A stretch of DNA of 64,000 nucleotides, from assembly GCA_015055725.1 (NCBI GenBank), contig SVHO01000005.1, forward strand, positions 76 to 64,075, read 5' to 3'. This document shows positions 32,992 to 40,934 of this stretch, one piece after another. The stretch's first letter is position 1, and the number at the start of each line of letters is the position of its first letter. Under the pieces are notes generated by a model. That model searched no databases. It was not told the DNA's origin and saw only the letters and a program-made list of their open reading frames with translations. A program made the position numbers and the translations under genes. The DNA comes from Clostridiales bacterium. GTDB taxonomy: Bacteria > Bacillota > Clostridia > Christensenellales > Borkfalkiaceae.

Positions 32992-33081
32992 AAAAATACT
33001 CCTTATTTTTATCTACGGTAATATTATATAAATCAAATGTTTAAGTTTCGCAATCTTTATGTTTCAATAATGTAATAATTT

Positions 33082-33098
33082 TGTTAATGAAATGTTAA
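33082..33098 (-). promoter_or_regulatory. direct repeat TTAACA-N5-TTAACA, candidate OmpR-family regulator site upstream of the ABC operon
   Basis: Minus strand TTAACATTTCATTAACA, about 55-75 nt upstream of a TATAAT (33023-28) that has only a poor -35. It is 15/17 identical to a motif in the TCS promoter. Confidence 0.4.
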
Positions 33099-33126
33099 AA
33101 CGGCTATACAACAAACATAGCCGTTT
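33093..33126 (-). terminator. intrinsic terminator ending the two-component operon
   Basis: Minus strand: AAACGGCTAT-GTTTGTTGT-ATAGCCGTTT followed by TAACATT. Confidence 0.55.
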
Positions 33127-33149
33127 TTCCTTTACTTTAAGTTTTATTT

Positions 33150-33542
33150 TTAATTTATGTTTTCGCCTTGGTTTAAGAGTTCTTCTGAAAGGCGCAAAAT
33201 TTCTTCGCCGTAAGTCTCTTTATATTTTTTAAGCACCATTTTATAAACGGGATAAGCAATAGCCATAGGCACGCTACCTATAACCATTAATGCGATTCCC
33301 CAACCGAAAATACCCCACTCTAAAATCATAGTTAACCCAAAACCGAAAATCAAACACCCGATAACACCTAAACAAAGAGACCAAATAATAGCCGTGTTTT
33401 TGACAATCATATCTAATTTGCGAAGACGCTCTAATTTAGTTTCACTTTGCTCTACGGGTGAATATTTTCTGCGAATACTGTCTATTTCTTTTCTTTCTTC
33501 TTCAGTTGGTGCAGTATACTTAAAATTAAATTTATTGCTCAT
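33150..33542 (-). CDS. small two-TM membrane protein, function unknown
   Basis: 130 aa. Charged N-terminus (YTAPTEEERKEIDSIRRKY), a TM hairpin and a charged C-terminus. Overlaps the upstream gene by 11 nt. Confidence 0.65.
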   Translation of the reverse strand: MSNKFNFKYTAPTEEERKEIDSIRRKYSPVEQSETKLERLRKLDMIVKNTAIIWSLCLGVIGCLIFGFGLTMILEWGIFGWGIALMVIGSVPMAIAYPVYKMVLKKYKETYGEEILRLSEELLNQGENIN

Positions 33543-34476
33543 TTTCTTCTTTTTCCTTTTGAATTTCTTTCATTCTTTTGTTTGCCGAAACAATCATATA
33601 AATCCCGATTGCAATTGATAATACACTCACCACGCTACCCGTTAACGTGTTCATTAATGATATACTTATTTCCCCCTCGTTAAACATCGTTAAAAGTGCA
33701 GTTTGTAATGCCAAAATAGAAACTAACGCGTCCACAAGATTTATATTTCTAATCGCCCTAACCGTTAAATCCGTTTGTTTATGCGCTTTAATAAGACTTA
33801 TAATTGACATAGTTATTTTATAAAAAGCGTACGCAGCAAAGGCAAAAATCGTCCATCCAATATAGGTAAAGTGCGCGTCGGAAAAAATCATTTGCGCAAT
33901 TGCAGAAGATAATGCAAGGTTTAATATAAGCGTTATAATTCCGCTGTTTCTATAAACTTTTGCCTTAGTGTATTCATCATATTGCCTTTTTGCCCTTTTG
34001 CCAAACCTATTTTTATGATAAGTTAAAACACCACCGCGAAGAAGTGCAAGCGCAATATAAAAAGTAGCTAAAGCCCCGTACCAAATAGAGCGGTTTACTA
34101 TACCCATATACGCGTTAAACGCACTAAAAAGCAAACTAATCGCAAACGAACCTATTGCAAATATAACCGTTCTAAACCCAAAATCCCTTAAAACTAAGCG
34201 AGTGAATTCATAAGACTCTAATAAGGCTATAATGCGTTTTTTCATTTTTGGAAATAGCGGAATTATTAAATAAACGCTATAAGCAAGCGAAAGCCCTGCT
34301 ATTCCAAAAAGAACGTAAGCAACTATTGAAAGCAGAGTATTTTCAAACCCTAAAATTACTATAAATATTGAAAGCGTTGCACTTAAAAAGGTCGTAATAA
34401 AGGTGATAACTTTTGCCCAAGTGGGTGGATTTAATATGCTCTTCCATAAGGCGCGAAACTCAATTTTCATAAACAC
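33532..34476 (-). CDS. polytopic membrane protein (about 6 TM), function unknown
   Basis: 314 aa. Overlaps the kinase stop by 17 nt, so it is probably translationally coupled. Confidence 0.65.
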   Translation of the reverse strand: MFMKIEFRALWKSILNPPTWAKVITFITTFLSATLSIFIVILGFENTLLSIVAYVLFGIAGLSLAYSVYLIIPLFPKMKKRIIALLESYEFTRLVLRDFGFRTVIFAIGSFAISLLFSAFNAYMGIVNRSIWYGALATFYIALALLRGGVLTYHKNRFGKRAKRQYDEYTKAKVYRNSGIITLILNLALSSAIAQMIFSDAHFTYIGWTIFAFAAYAFYKITMSIISLIKAHKQTDLTVRAIRNINLVDALVSILALQTALLTMFNEGEISISLMNTLTGSVVSVLSIAIGIYMIVSANKRMKEIQKEKEENEQ

Positions 34477-35518
34477 AGCCCTTTAATAAAATTTTAAACA
34501 TACTTCCTTTATCAATTTCGCTTTGCACGGAAATTTCTCCGCCTAAAATATCTATAACTTTTTTAACGAGCGTAAGTCCTAAGCCGTTGCCTTCTGTTGA
34601 ACGCGAAGCATCACCTTGATAAAACTTTTCAAATATTTTTGCGCCCACCTCACTCGTCATTCCACAACCAGTATCAGAAACGCTTATCTCAACGTTTTTT
34701 TGCTTACGTTTAAGGCTAATGCTTATCTTTCCACCTTCAGATGAAAACTTTATTGCGTTTGAAATAAGATTGTTCCACGCAATTTCAAGCAAGGTTTTAG
34801 ATGAGAAAATAAAAACGTCGTCAAAATCACAATCGAGTGTAAGATTTTTGTTTTCAATTAAAGTTTCAAATTCAACAACGCTATCGGCAAGTGCTTCTGT
34901 TAATGAAAAAACCTCGTGCTTTTCTTGAATTTCTTGATGTTCAAGTTTGTTAAGCCTTAAAACGTTGGTTATTAAATCTGTTATACGCTTTGAGGCGTTT
35001 ATAAGCGTTTTTGCGTATTCTCTTCTTTTTTCACCGCTTAAAGTATCGTCTTGAAGGAGTGTTGCATAGTTTTGAATAACTGCAAGCGGAGTTTTTATCT
35101 CGTGCGAAACGTTTGAAATAAAATCGGTTTTTAAAACTTCGTTTTTTTGAAGTTCGGTTGCCATTTTATTTAAGTTTTCCATAATCAAATCATACTCGTT
35201 ATACTTGCCGTATTCGTGCGTGATTTGAAGTTTAGTGTTAAAATCACCCTGCGCAATCTTTTCAGTTGCCTGTAATATCTTTTTGGTGGGTTTATCAACC
35301 ATTATCTTTCTTCTGACCCAATCAAAAACCGTGCATATAGTTGATAAAATTATAATTTCAATTAAAATTAAAAGTGCGATAAGTGATAGATTTGACGTTT
35401 TTTTAGTTATATAATCATAACACAAAATTGCAATTTGCATTATAAATGCTGTAAGTATAAAAAAGGAAACGATACCTACCCAATTTATCCTAACCGAACG
35501 CGCCTTGTTTTTTTTCAT
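34460..35518 (-). CDS. sensor histidine kinase, intramembrane-sensing type
   Basis: Two TM helices separated by a loop of about 10 aa. HAMP-like linker, H-box SHEIKTPL, and the N/G1/G2 boxes of HATPase_c (NLISNAIKF, DTGCGM, GNGLGL). Confidence 0.9.
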   Translation of the reverse strand: MKKNKARSVRINWVGIVSFFILTAFIMQIAILCYDYITKKTSNLSLIALLILIEIIILSTICTVFDWVRRKIMVDKPTKKILQATEKIAQGDFNTKLQITHEYGKYNEYDLIMENLNKMATELQKNEVLKTDFISNVSHEIKTPLAVIQNYATLLQDDTLSGEKRREYAKTLINASKRITDLITNVLRLNKLEHQEIQEKHEVFSLTEALADSVVEFETLIENKNLTLDCDFDDVFIFSSKTLLEIAWNNLISNAIKFSSEGGKISISLKRKQKNVEISVSDTGCGMTSEVGAKIFEKFYQGDASRSTEGNGLGLTLVKKVIDILGGEISVQSEIDKGSMFKILLKGCVYEN

Positions 35519-36186
35519 TTTAGAACCACCTTATATCCAAGACCGTGAACGGTTGCAATTTCAAAGCCGTCACAACAAGCAGTCTTTTCGCGAAGTTTTG
35601 CCATGTACACGTCAACCGTGCGAGATGTTGTTGAAGAATCGTAATCCCAAAACTCTGCCATAAGCGCAGAACGAGTAAACGTCTTTTTAGGATATGAAAG
35701 CATTTTGAATAAAATGTCAAACTCTCTAACGGTGAGCGCAATTTCTTCACCGTCAATTAATGCCGTGCGTTCTTCAACGTTCATCGAAAAGTTGCCAAGC
35801 GTTATCTCTTTTTCCGCTTCGATTTTTGCTCGCCTTAAAATCGCTTTAATGGTCATAAGCAAAATATCCATATCGAAAGGCTTAGTCACGTATTCATCAA
35901 TGCCAATATTATACCCTAACATTTTTGAAGGCTTGTCGTCTTTAGCCGTCATAAAAATAATAGGCGTTGTTTTATCAGTTGCGCGCACGCTTTCTGCAAG
36001 TTCAAAACCGTTCATTTTCGGCATCATAATATCTGTTAAAAGAAGGTCACATTTTTCTTCGTTCATCTTTTCAAGCGCATCTACCCCGTCAACGCACGAA
36101 GTCACTTCATACCCTGCGTTTCTAAGGCTAGAACAAACAAAGCGGTTTAAGTCAACGTCGTCTTCAACCACGAATATTTTAATCAT
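35515..36186 (-). CDS. OmpR/PhoB-family response regulator
   Basis: Receiver domain (VVEDD...DLLLTDIMMP...K) plus a winged-helix Trans_reg_C domain (LTVREFDILFKML...VDVYMAKLREK...GLGYKV). Confidence 0.92.
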   Translation of the reverse strand: MIKIFVVEDDVDLNRFVCSSLRNAGYEVTSCVDGVDALEKMNEEKCDLLLTDIMMPKMNGFELAESVRATDKTTPIIFMTAKDDKPSKMLGYNIGIDEYVTKPFDMDILLMTIKAILRRAKIEAEKEITLGNFSMNVEERTALIDGEEIALTVREFDILFKMLSYPKKTFTRSALMAEFWDYDSSTTSRTVDVYMAKLREKTACCDGFEIATVHGLGYKVVLK

Positions 36187-36221
36187 AATAACTCTCCTTT
36201 TGTCTATATTTTAACACCTGT

Positions 36222-36250
36222 ATTATAACAAATTGTTTATAAAATGTTAA
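36222..36250 (-). promoter_or_regulatory. promoter of the two-component operon, containing the second copy of the 17-nt motif
   Basis: Minus strand: TTAACA, 17-nt spacer, extended -10 TGTTATAAT. The -35 plus spacer reads TTAACATTTTATAAACA (36234-36250). Confidence 0.5.
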
Positions 36251-36288
36251 GGAATTGTAAAAGTATGCTCAAAAAAACAGTTTTCATA

Positions 36289-36320
36289 ACAAAAAAGAAC
36301 TTGGATTTGACCCAAGTTCT
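36289..36320 (-). terminator. intrinsic terminator after the protease gene
   Basis: Minus strand: AGAACTTGG-GTCAAAT-CCAAGTTCT followed by TTTTTTG. Confidence 0.65.
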
Positions 36321-36341
36321 AATTGTTTAGTGTAAAATAAA

Positions 36342-37637
36342 CTAATTTGTTTGCTCGGGTATATTATAACCCGTGTTGCAAAAGATAGATTGTTTTGACA
36401 AATAAATTTGCCTTTCATATTTAACGTTATCACGATAGAAAGTGACGTTAAACGAATCGCCAAGTCTTAAATAAGTTCTCAAAACGCAAAGCGCGTCTGA
36501 CAAATCGCTTCCCGTTGAAATTTGCTTTGAGTAATCCAAAGAAGAACAACTAATCCTAACTATTTTATCGCCTTCTTTCAAAACTCCGTATGAGTTGTTG
36601 TTTTCTATAACGGAAGAAATTACGTTAGTTTGATAATATTGACCACTTGCGTTATCGAAAGCAACTTGGACTGATATACCCATTTCCCAACTGCCGGATA
36701 TGTATCCAAAGTTTTTGCCTTCAAAATTTTGATAAGTGCCTATAAGTTGAGTTATAGCATCAACAAATCCACCGTCTTCAGAATAGGTTAGTTTATATGG
36801 TATAGCATAATTCACGCCGTCTAACGTTTCACTGCCCGCGCTAGTTATAGCAACTAATTCACCGTATAAATTAAACAAACCGCCACCAGAATTCCCGTGA
36901 TTTATTTGAACGTCAATTTGCATAACCGTCATATATCCAACGCTGTTAATGCCTACAAACCTATCAAGATAACTAACCACGCCCGCAGAAACGGTCATAG
37001 GAAGTGAGCCACCGGGATTACCGATTGCAAACACGTCTTCCCCACGCTTAATAGAATAACTTTCGGGTGGCAGAACGGAGCAAATTATTTGGTCTTTTGA
37101 AACCCCGCTACCCGTTATATCAAGTTTAAGAACGGCAATATCAGCAAGTTTATCACCGCCAATAAGCGTCACTTCGCCAGTTTGAGAAGAACTGCTTATC
37201 GCGCCCGTAAACTTAAACTTATCGTTATAATCGTCATCATTATAATTGCGTGAATTCATATCTGGAACGTAAACGGAGATATTACCCTTAGAATCAACAA
37301 CGTGATGGCAAGTTATAACGTAAAAAACGTTATCCGTGTTGTTTCCGTTATCAATAATAACGCCAGAACCCCAAGAAGTGCCCGTTTCACTCGTAACCGT
37401 TTGGTATTCCATTTTAATTGCAACAACTGAACGCTCAACTTTGCTAACCGCGTCAACACGAGACATAAGTACCCTATCGGTAGTATTTTTATCAAGTATA
37501 ACGTCTTTTGAAACGGCAACCGAATCGGGATATTCCGGAACGAACGCTTGTGGTGTAAATAACCAACATCCACTTATTGAAATGCTTAAAACTAAAAGCG
37601 CGATTATTGAAGTTATTCTAACAAATAGTTTTTTCAT
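36342..37637 (-). CDS. trypsin-like serine protease (S1C, HtrA/DegP-like) lipoprotein with a PDZ-like C-terminus
   Basis: Canonical lipobox ISGC. Catalytic triad contexts ITCHHVV, DIAVLKL and GNSGGGLF. AAGGGAG RBS. Confidence 0.85.
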   Translation of the reverse strand: MKKLFVRITSIIALLVLSISISGCWLFTPQAFVPEYPDSVAVSKDVILDKNTTDRVLMSRVDAVSKVERSVVAIKMEYQTVTSETGTSWGSGVIIDNGNNTDNVFYVITCHHVVDSKGNISVYVPDMNSRNYNDDDYNDKFKFTGAISSSSQTGEVTLIGGDKLADIAVLKLDITGSGVSKDQIICSVLPPESYSIKRGEDVFAIGNPGGSLPMTVSAGVVSYLDRFVGINSVGYMTVMQIDVQINHGNSGGGLFNLYGELVAITSAGSETLDGVNYAIPYKLTYSEDGGFVDAITQLIGTYQNFEGKNFGYISGSWEMGISVQVAFDNASGQYYQTNVISSVIENNNSYGVLKEGDKIVRISCSSLDYSKQISTGSDLSDALCVLRTYLRLGDSFNVTFYRDNVKYERQIYLSKQSIFCNTGYNIPEQTN

Positions 37638-37800
37638 AATATACTCCCTTATTCGTTAATATCATTTTACCATATTTTTACTCAAAATTTACCTAATTTA
37701 ACAAAAAAAACTTAAAATTTTTGTTTTTAAAATTTTTACATATATATATTAAACAAAAAACAATTGCTAATTATTGCATAAACAAGAAAAAATATCAAAA

Positions 37801-37826
37801 AGGGCGCATAAAATACGCCCTTTTTA
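37801..37826. terminator. bidirectional hairpin terminator
   Basis: AGGGCG-CATAAAATA-CGCCCT flanked by an A-run and a T-run. Confidence 0.5.
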
Positions 37827-37930
37827 CTCCGCTTTAATTTTAGCGGAGTAAAAAAGTTTTTAACTGCCGTCTAAAATTTACAGCGAAAATATTTTAACGG
37901 CAGTATTAAATATCGGTAATCTTTGCGGAT

Positions 37931-37990
37931 AATAAATTAAAAAATCACCTTACCGCCGACAAAATAGAGTATAGGCAAACAAGGTGATTT
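37931..37990 (-). terminator. long-loop hairpin plus U-run after yebC
   Basis: Minus strand: AAATCACCTT, a 27-nt loop, AAGGTGATTT, then TTTAATTTATT. Confidence 0.4.
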
Positions 37991-38018
37991 TATACAAAAA
38001 TTTAATTTTATTAAAAAA

Positions 38019-38756
38019 TTATTCTTCTTCCTCTTCTGGAAGGTCTACGTTGTGATAAACGTTTTGAACGTCGTCAAGGTCTTCAAGCGCAGAAACTAAT
38101 CTTTCAAATTTAGCAAGGTCGTCACCCGTTAAAGTGATTTTGTTTTGGGGAACCATTTCAACTTGCGCTTCAAAGAAGTTAAGTCCCTTTTCTTCAAGAT
38201 ATTTTCTAACCGAAGAAAAGTTTGCTGGCGCAGTGTGAACAACGAAAGCATCGTCTTCAGCAATAAAATCGTCAGCACCTGCGTCAAGTGCGTATTCCAT
38301 AACGGTGTCTTCATCTAAATCGGGTGTTCTTTCAATAACGATAACGCCCATATTAGTAAAGGTAAAAGAAACGCAACCTGCGTTGCCAAGTGAACCGCCG
38401 TGTTTACGCATAGCCGTGCGCACGTAATCAACCGTACGGTTTTTGTTATCCGTTAAAGCGTTGATAATAACCGCGCTACCTGCAGGGCCGTATCCTTCAT
38501 AAGTTAATTCTTCATAGTTATCACTTGATAATTCGCCCGATGCCTTTGCGATACATCTCTTAATGTTTTCGTTAGGCATATTAACAGCCTTTGCTTTAGC
38601 AATAGCATCTGCAAGTTTACTGTTAGTTTCAGGATCGGGATTAGATTTTGCAGCGACTGAAATTTCCCTACCAACTTTTGTAAAAATTTTACCTTTTGCC
38701 GCGTCGGTTTTAGCCTTTTTTGCAGCGATATTCGCAGCATGTGAATGTCCTGACAT
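38019..38756 (-). CDS. yebC: YebC/PmpR-family DNA-binding regulator
   Basis: 245 aa. MSGHSHAANIAAKKAKTDAAKGKIFTK is the diagnostic N-terminus. Confidence 0.92.
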   Translation of the reverse strand: MSGHSHAANIAAKKAKTDAAKGKIFTKVGREISVAAKSNPDPETNSKLADAIAKAKAVNMPNENIKRCIAKASGELSSDNYEELTYEGYGPAGSAVIINALTDNKNRTVDYVRTAMRKHGGSLGNAGCVSFTFTNMGVIVIERTPDLDEDTVMEYALDAGADDFIAEDDAFVVHTAPANFSSVRKYLEEKGLNFFEAQVEMVPQNKITLTGDDLAKFERLVSALEDLDDVQNVYHNVDLPEEEEE

Positions 38757-38768
38757 ATTTAACTCTCC

Positions 38769-39521
38769 TTAAATTTTCAAATCTTTAATAACGTCACTTT
38801 TTAACAAGTACATCAAAAGCCCTGCGCTAACTGATGCGTTCAAACTTTCAACCCCGTTTTGCATTGGAATACTAACGGTATAACGGGCGCGCGCTTTGAT
38901 TTCATCACAAACACCGTGCCCCTCGTTGCCGATACACAAACAAAAATCGCCTTTCGCCTTGTGCAAAAACGCATTTTCCCCACACATATCCGCAACGTAA
39001 ACGGGAAGGTCAATAACTGAAAGCAAATCACTTAATTTACCACGCGTTATTTTAACGCGGAAAACACCGCTCATGCTACTGCGCACCGCTTTTGGTGAAT
39101 AAGGGTCGGCACATTCTTCAGTTAAATAAATTTCCCCGTACCCTGAAGCCGCCGCCGTTCTTATAATCGCGCCGACGTTTGAAGGGTCTGCAACTCCGTC
39201 AAGCAACAAACAACTGTTTTTTGGCGAACAAAGTTCAACCTTTGGTTTTTCAACCACGGCAATTAAACCTTGCGGGTTAACTTCACTGCTAATAGAGCGG
39301 AAAATTTCGTCACTAACACACTCAACTCTTCCCGAAAAGCCATTAACCGTTTCAAGCCCCTTTTCCGTTCCGATAACCGTTCGAATTGGAAGATTAAGGG
39401 AGATTGCTTCTGCAACGATTTTTGTGCCTTCAACAAGGTAAAGCCCAAGTTTATCGCGATATTTTTTATCCGCAAGAGAGCGAATTTCTTTTAAAAGTGG
39501 GTTTTGTTTAGACGTTATCAT
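38769..39521 (-). CDS. TrmH/SpoU-family RNA 2'-O-methyltransferase
   Basis: 250 aa. SPOUT motifs LLLDGVADPSNVGAIIRTA, LCIGNEGHGV and IPMQNGVESLNASVSAG. Confidence 0.85.
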   Translation of the reverse strand: MITSKQNPLLKEIRSLADKKYRDKLGLYLVEGTKIVAEAISLNLPIRTVIGTEKGLETVNGFSGRVECVSDEIFRSISSEVNPQGLIAVVEKPKVELCSPKNSCLLLDGVADPSNVGAIIRTAAASGYGEIYLTEECADPYSPKAVRSSMSGVFRVKITRGKLSDLLSVIDLPVYVADMCGENAFLHKAKGDFCLCIGNEGHGVCDEIKARARYTVSIPMQNGVESLNASVSAGLLMYLLKSDVIKDLKI

Positions 39522-39574
39522 TTTAATCGAAATAAAGCCTATCTTTATAAAGGTAGGCTTTAAGACTGTTTATA

Positions 39575-39925
39575 TTAGATGTTTGCTTTTGCTTTTTCGC
39601 AAATAGCGGTGAAAGCAGTTGCGTCTGAAACAGCAATTTCAGCAAGAACTTTTCTGTTAAGTTCAATGCCAGCTTTCTTCAAGCCGAACATCAATTTGCT
39701 GTATGAAAGACCGTTCATTCTTGCAGCAGCGTTAATTCTTGCAATCCACAAGGTACGGAAATCTCTTTTCTTTGCCTTTCTGCCGATATAAGCGTATTTT
39801 TGCGCCTTCATAACGGCTTCACGTGCAACTCTATATCTTTTGCTTCTGCCACCAAAATAGCCTTTAGCAAGTTTTAATATTTTTCTACGCTTTTTAACAG
39901 CGTTAACTCCTCTTTTAATACGCAT
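39575..39925 (-). CDS. rplT: 50S ribosomal protein L20
   Basis: 116 aa. [25 protein letters not shown]. Confidence 0.97.
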   Translation of the reverse strand: MRIKRGVNAVKKRRKILKLAKGYFGGRSKRYRVAREAVMKAQKYAYIGRKAKKRDFRTLWIARINAAARMNGLSYSKLMFGLKKAGIELNRKVLAEIAVSDATAFTAICEKAKANI

Positions 39926-39942
39926 AACTAAAATCTCCTTTC

Positions 39943-40140
39943 TTACTTATTGTAGATGAGCGTTTGAATAGTCTTTTGCTGAGTAGCATCGACGTAAGCG
40001 CCGTCACACAAATTGTTCTTTCTCTTTCTGTCTTTTTTGGTAAGGATGTGGTTTTTACCAGAGCAAGCTCTTTTAATCTTACCGGTTGCGGTCACTCTAA
40101 AACGTTTTTTAGCCGCACTTTTAGTTTTCATTTTAGGCAT
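39943..40140 (-). CDS. rpmI: 50S ribosomal protein L35
   Basis: 65 aa. [24 protein letters not shown]. Confidence 0.97.
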   Translation of the reverse strand: MPKMKTKSAAKKRFRVTATGKIKRACSGKNHILTKKDRKRKNNLCDGAYVDATQQKTIQTLIYNK

Positions 40141-40174
40141 AAATATATCCTCCGTTGATTTTTTATAATTTTAA

Positions 40175-40687
40175 TTACGCTTTTGCGGGTGCAAGCATCA
40201 TCCAAATGTTTCTGCCTTCCGTAAGCGGTTGTTTTTCCATAACTCCGCAATCTTTAACAAGTTCAAAAAATCTTTTCATAACGTCAATTGCAAGTTCAGC
40301 GTGTGCCATTTGCCTACCGCGAAGCCTAATGGAAACTTTAACCTTATTGCCTGCCGTTAAGAACTTTTGAGTTTGTTTTGCTTTAATGTTTAAATCACCC
40401 ACGTCAATCGTCATTGAAAGACCAACTTCTTTAATTTCAACAACTTTTTGATTCTTCTTGGCTTCTTTTGCTTTCTTTTTTTGCTCAAACAAATACTTGC
40501 CGTAATTCATAATCTTGCAAACGGGTGGGTTTGCGTTGGGTGAAATCTTAACTAAATCTTGACCTGCTTCTTCTGCAATTCTCAATGCTTCACGAGATGA
40601 AACGATTCCTAATTGTTCGCCGGTTTCACCGATAAGGCGAACTTCTTTATCGCGAATTTCCGCATTGATTTGATGTTCTTTTTTAAT
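40175..40687 (-). CDS. infC: translation initiation factor IF-3 (probable AUU start)
   Basis: IF-3 homology begins at IKKEHQINAEIRDKEVRLIG. ATT at 40685-40687 lies 9 nt after GAGAGG. The 32-codon N-terminal extension from the track lies within the leader. Confidence 0.9.
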   Translation of the reverse strand: MKKEHQINAEIRDKEVRLIGETGEQLGIVSSREALRIAEEAGQDLVKISPNANPPVCKIMNYGKYLFEQKKKAKEAKKNQKVVEIKEVGLSMTIDVGDLNIKAKQTQKFLTAGNKVKVSIRLRGRQMAHAELAIDVMKRFFELVKDCGVMEKQPLTEGRNIWMMLAPAKA

Positions 40688-40741
40688 GGTTTTATACCTC
40701 TCAATAATATTTTTCAGTAAGGGAAAACCCTTTGAAATACA

Positions 40742-40866
40742 TAAAAACGGGTCGCTCAATACAAAGCGACCCGAAAAATACATAATCTACCACAAAAAAC
40801 TGTGTCAACGTATCGAACCGAGCAACATAAATGCGCCGGTGAGAAGGGTCACTTCTTCTTTAAGCC
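40742..40866 (-). promoter_or_regulatory. infC operon leader with attenuator hairpin (L20-leader-like)
   Basis: About 180-nt 5' UTR. It holds the terminator-like hairpin GGGTCGCT-TTGTATTG-AGCGACCC followed by GTTTTTAT, about 55 nt before the AUU start. In Firmicutes, L20-mediated attenuation sits at this position. Confidence 0.5.
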
Positions 40867-40871
40867 TTAAT

Positions 40872-40900
40872 ATAATACAACATTTAACCGCGCTTGTCAA
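40872..40900 (-). promoter_or_regulatory. promoter of infC-rpmI-rplT
   Basis: Minus strand: TTGACA, 17-nt spacer, TATTAT. Confidence 0.6.
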
Positions 40901-40934
40901 CGGTTTTAAGGGTAAAAAACTAATTTTTATCCTT

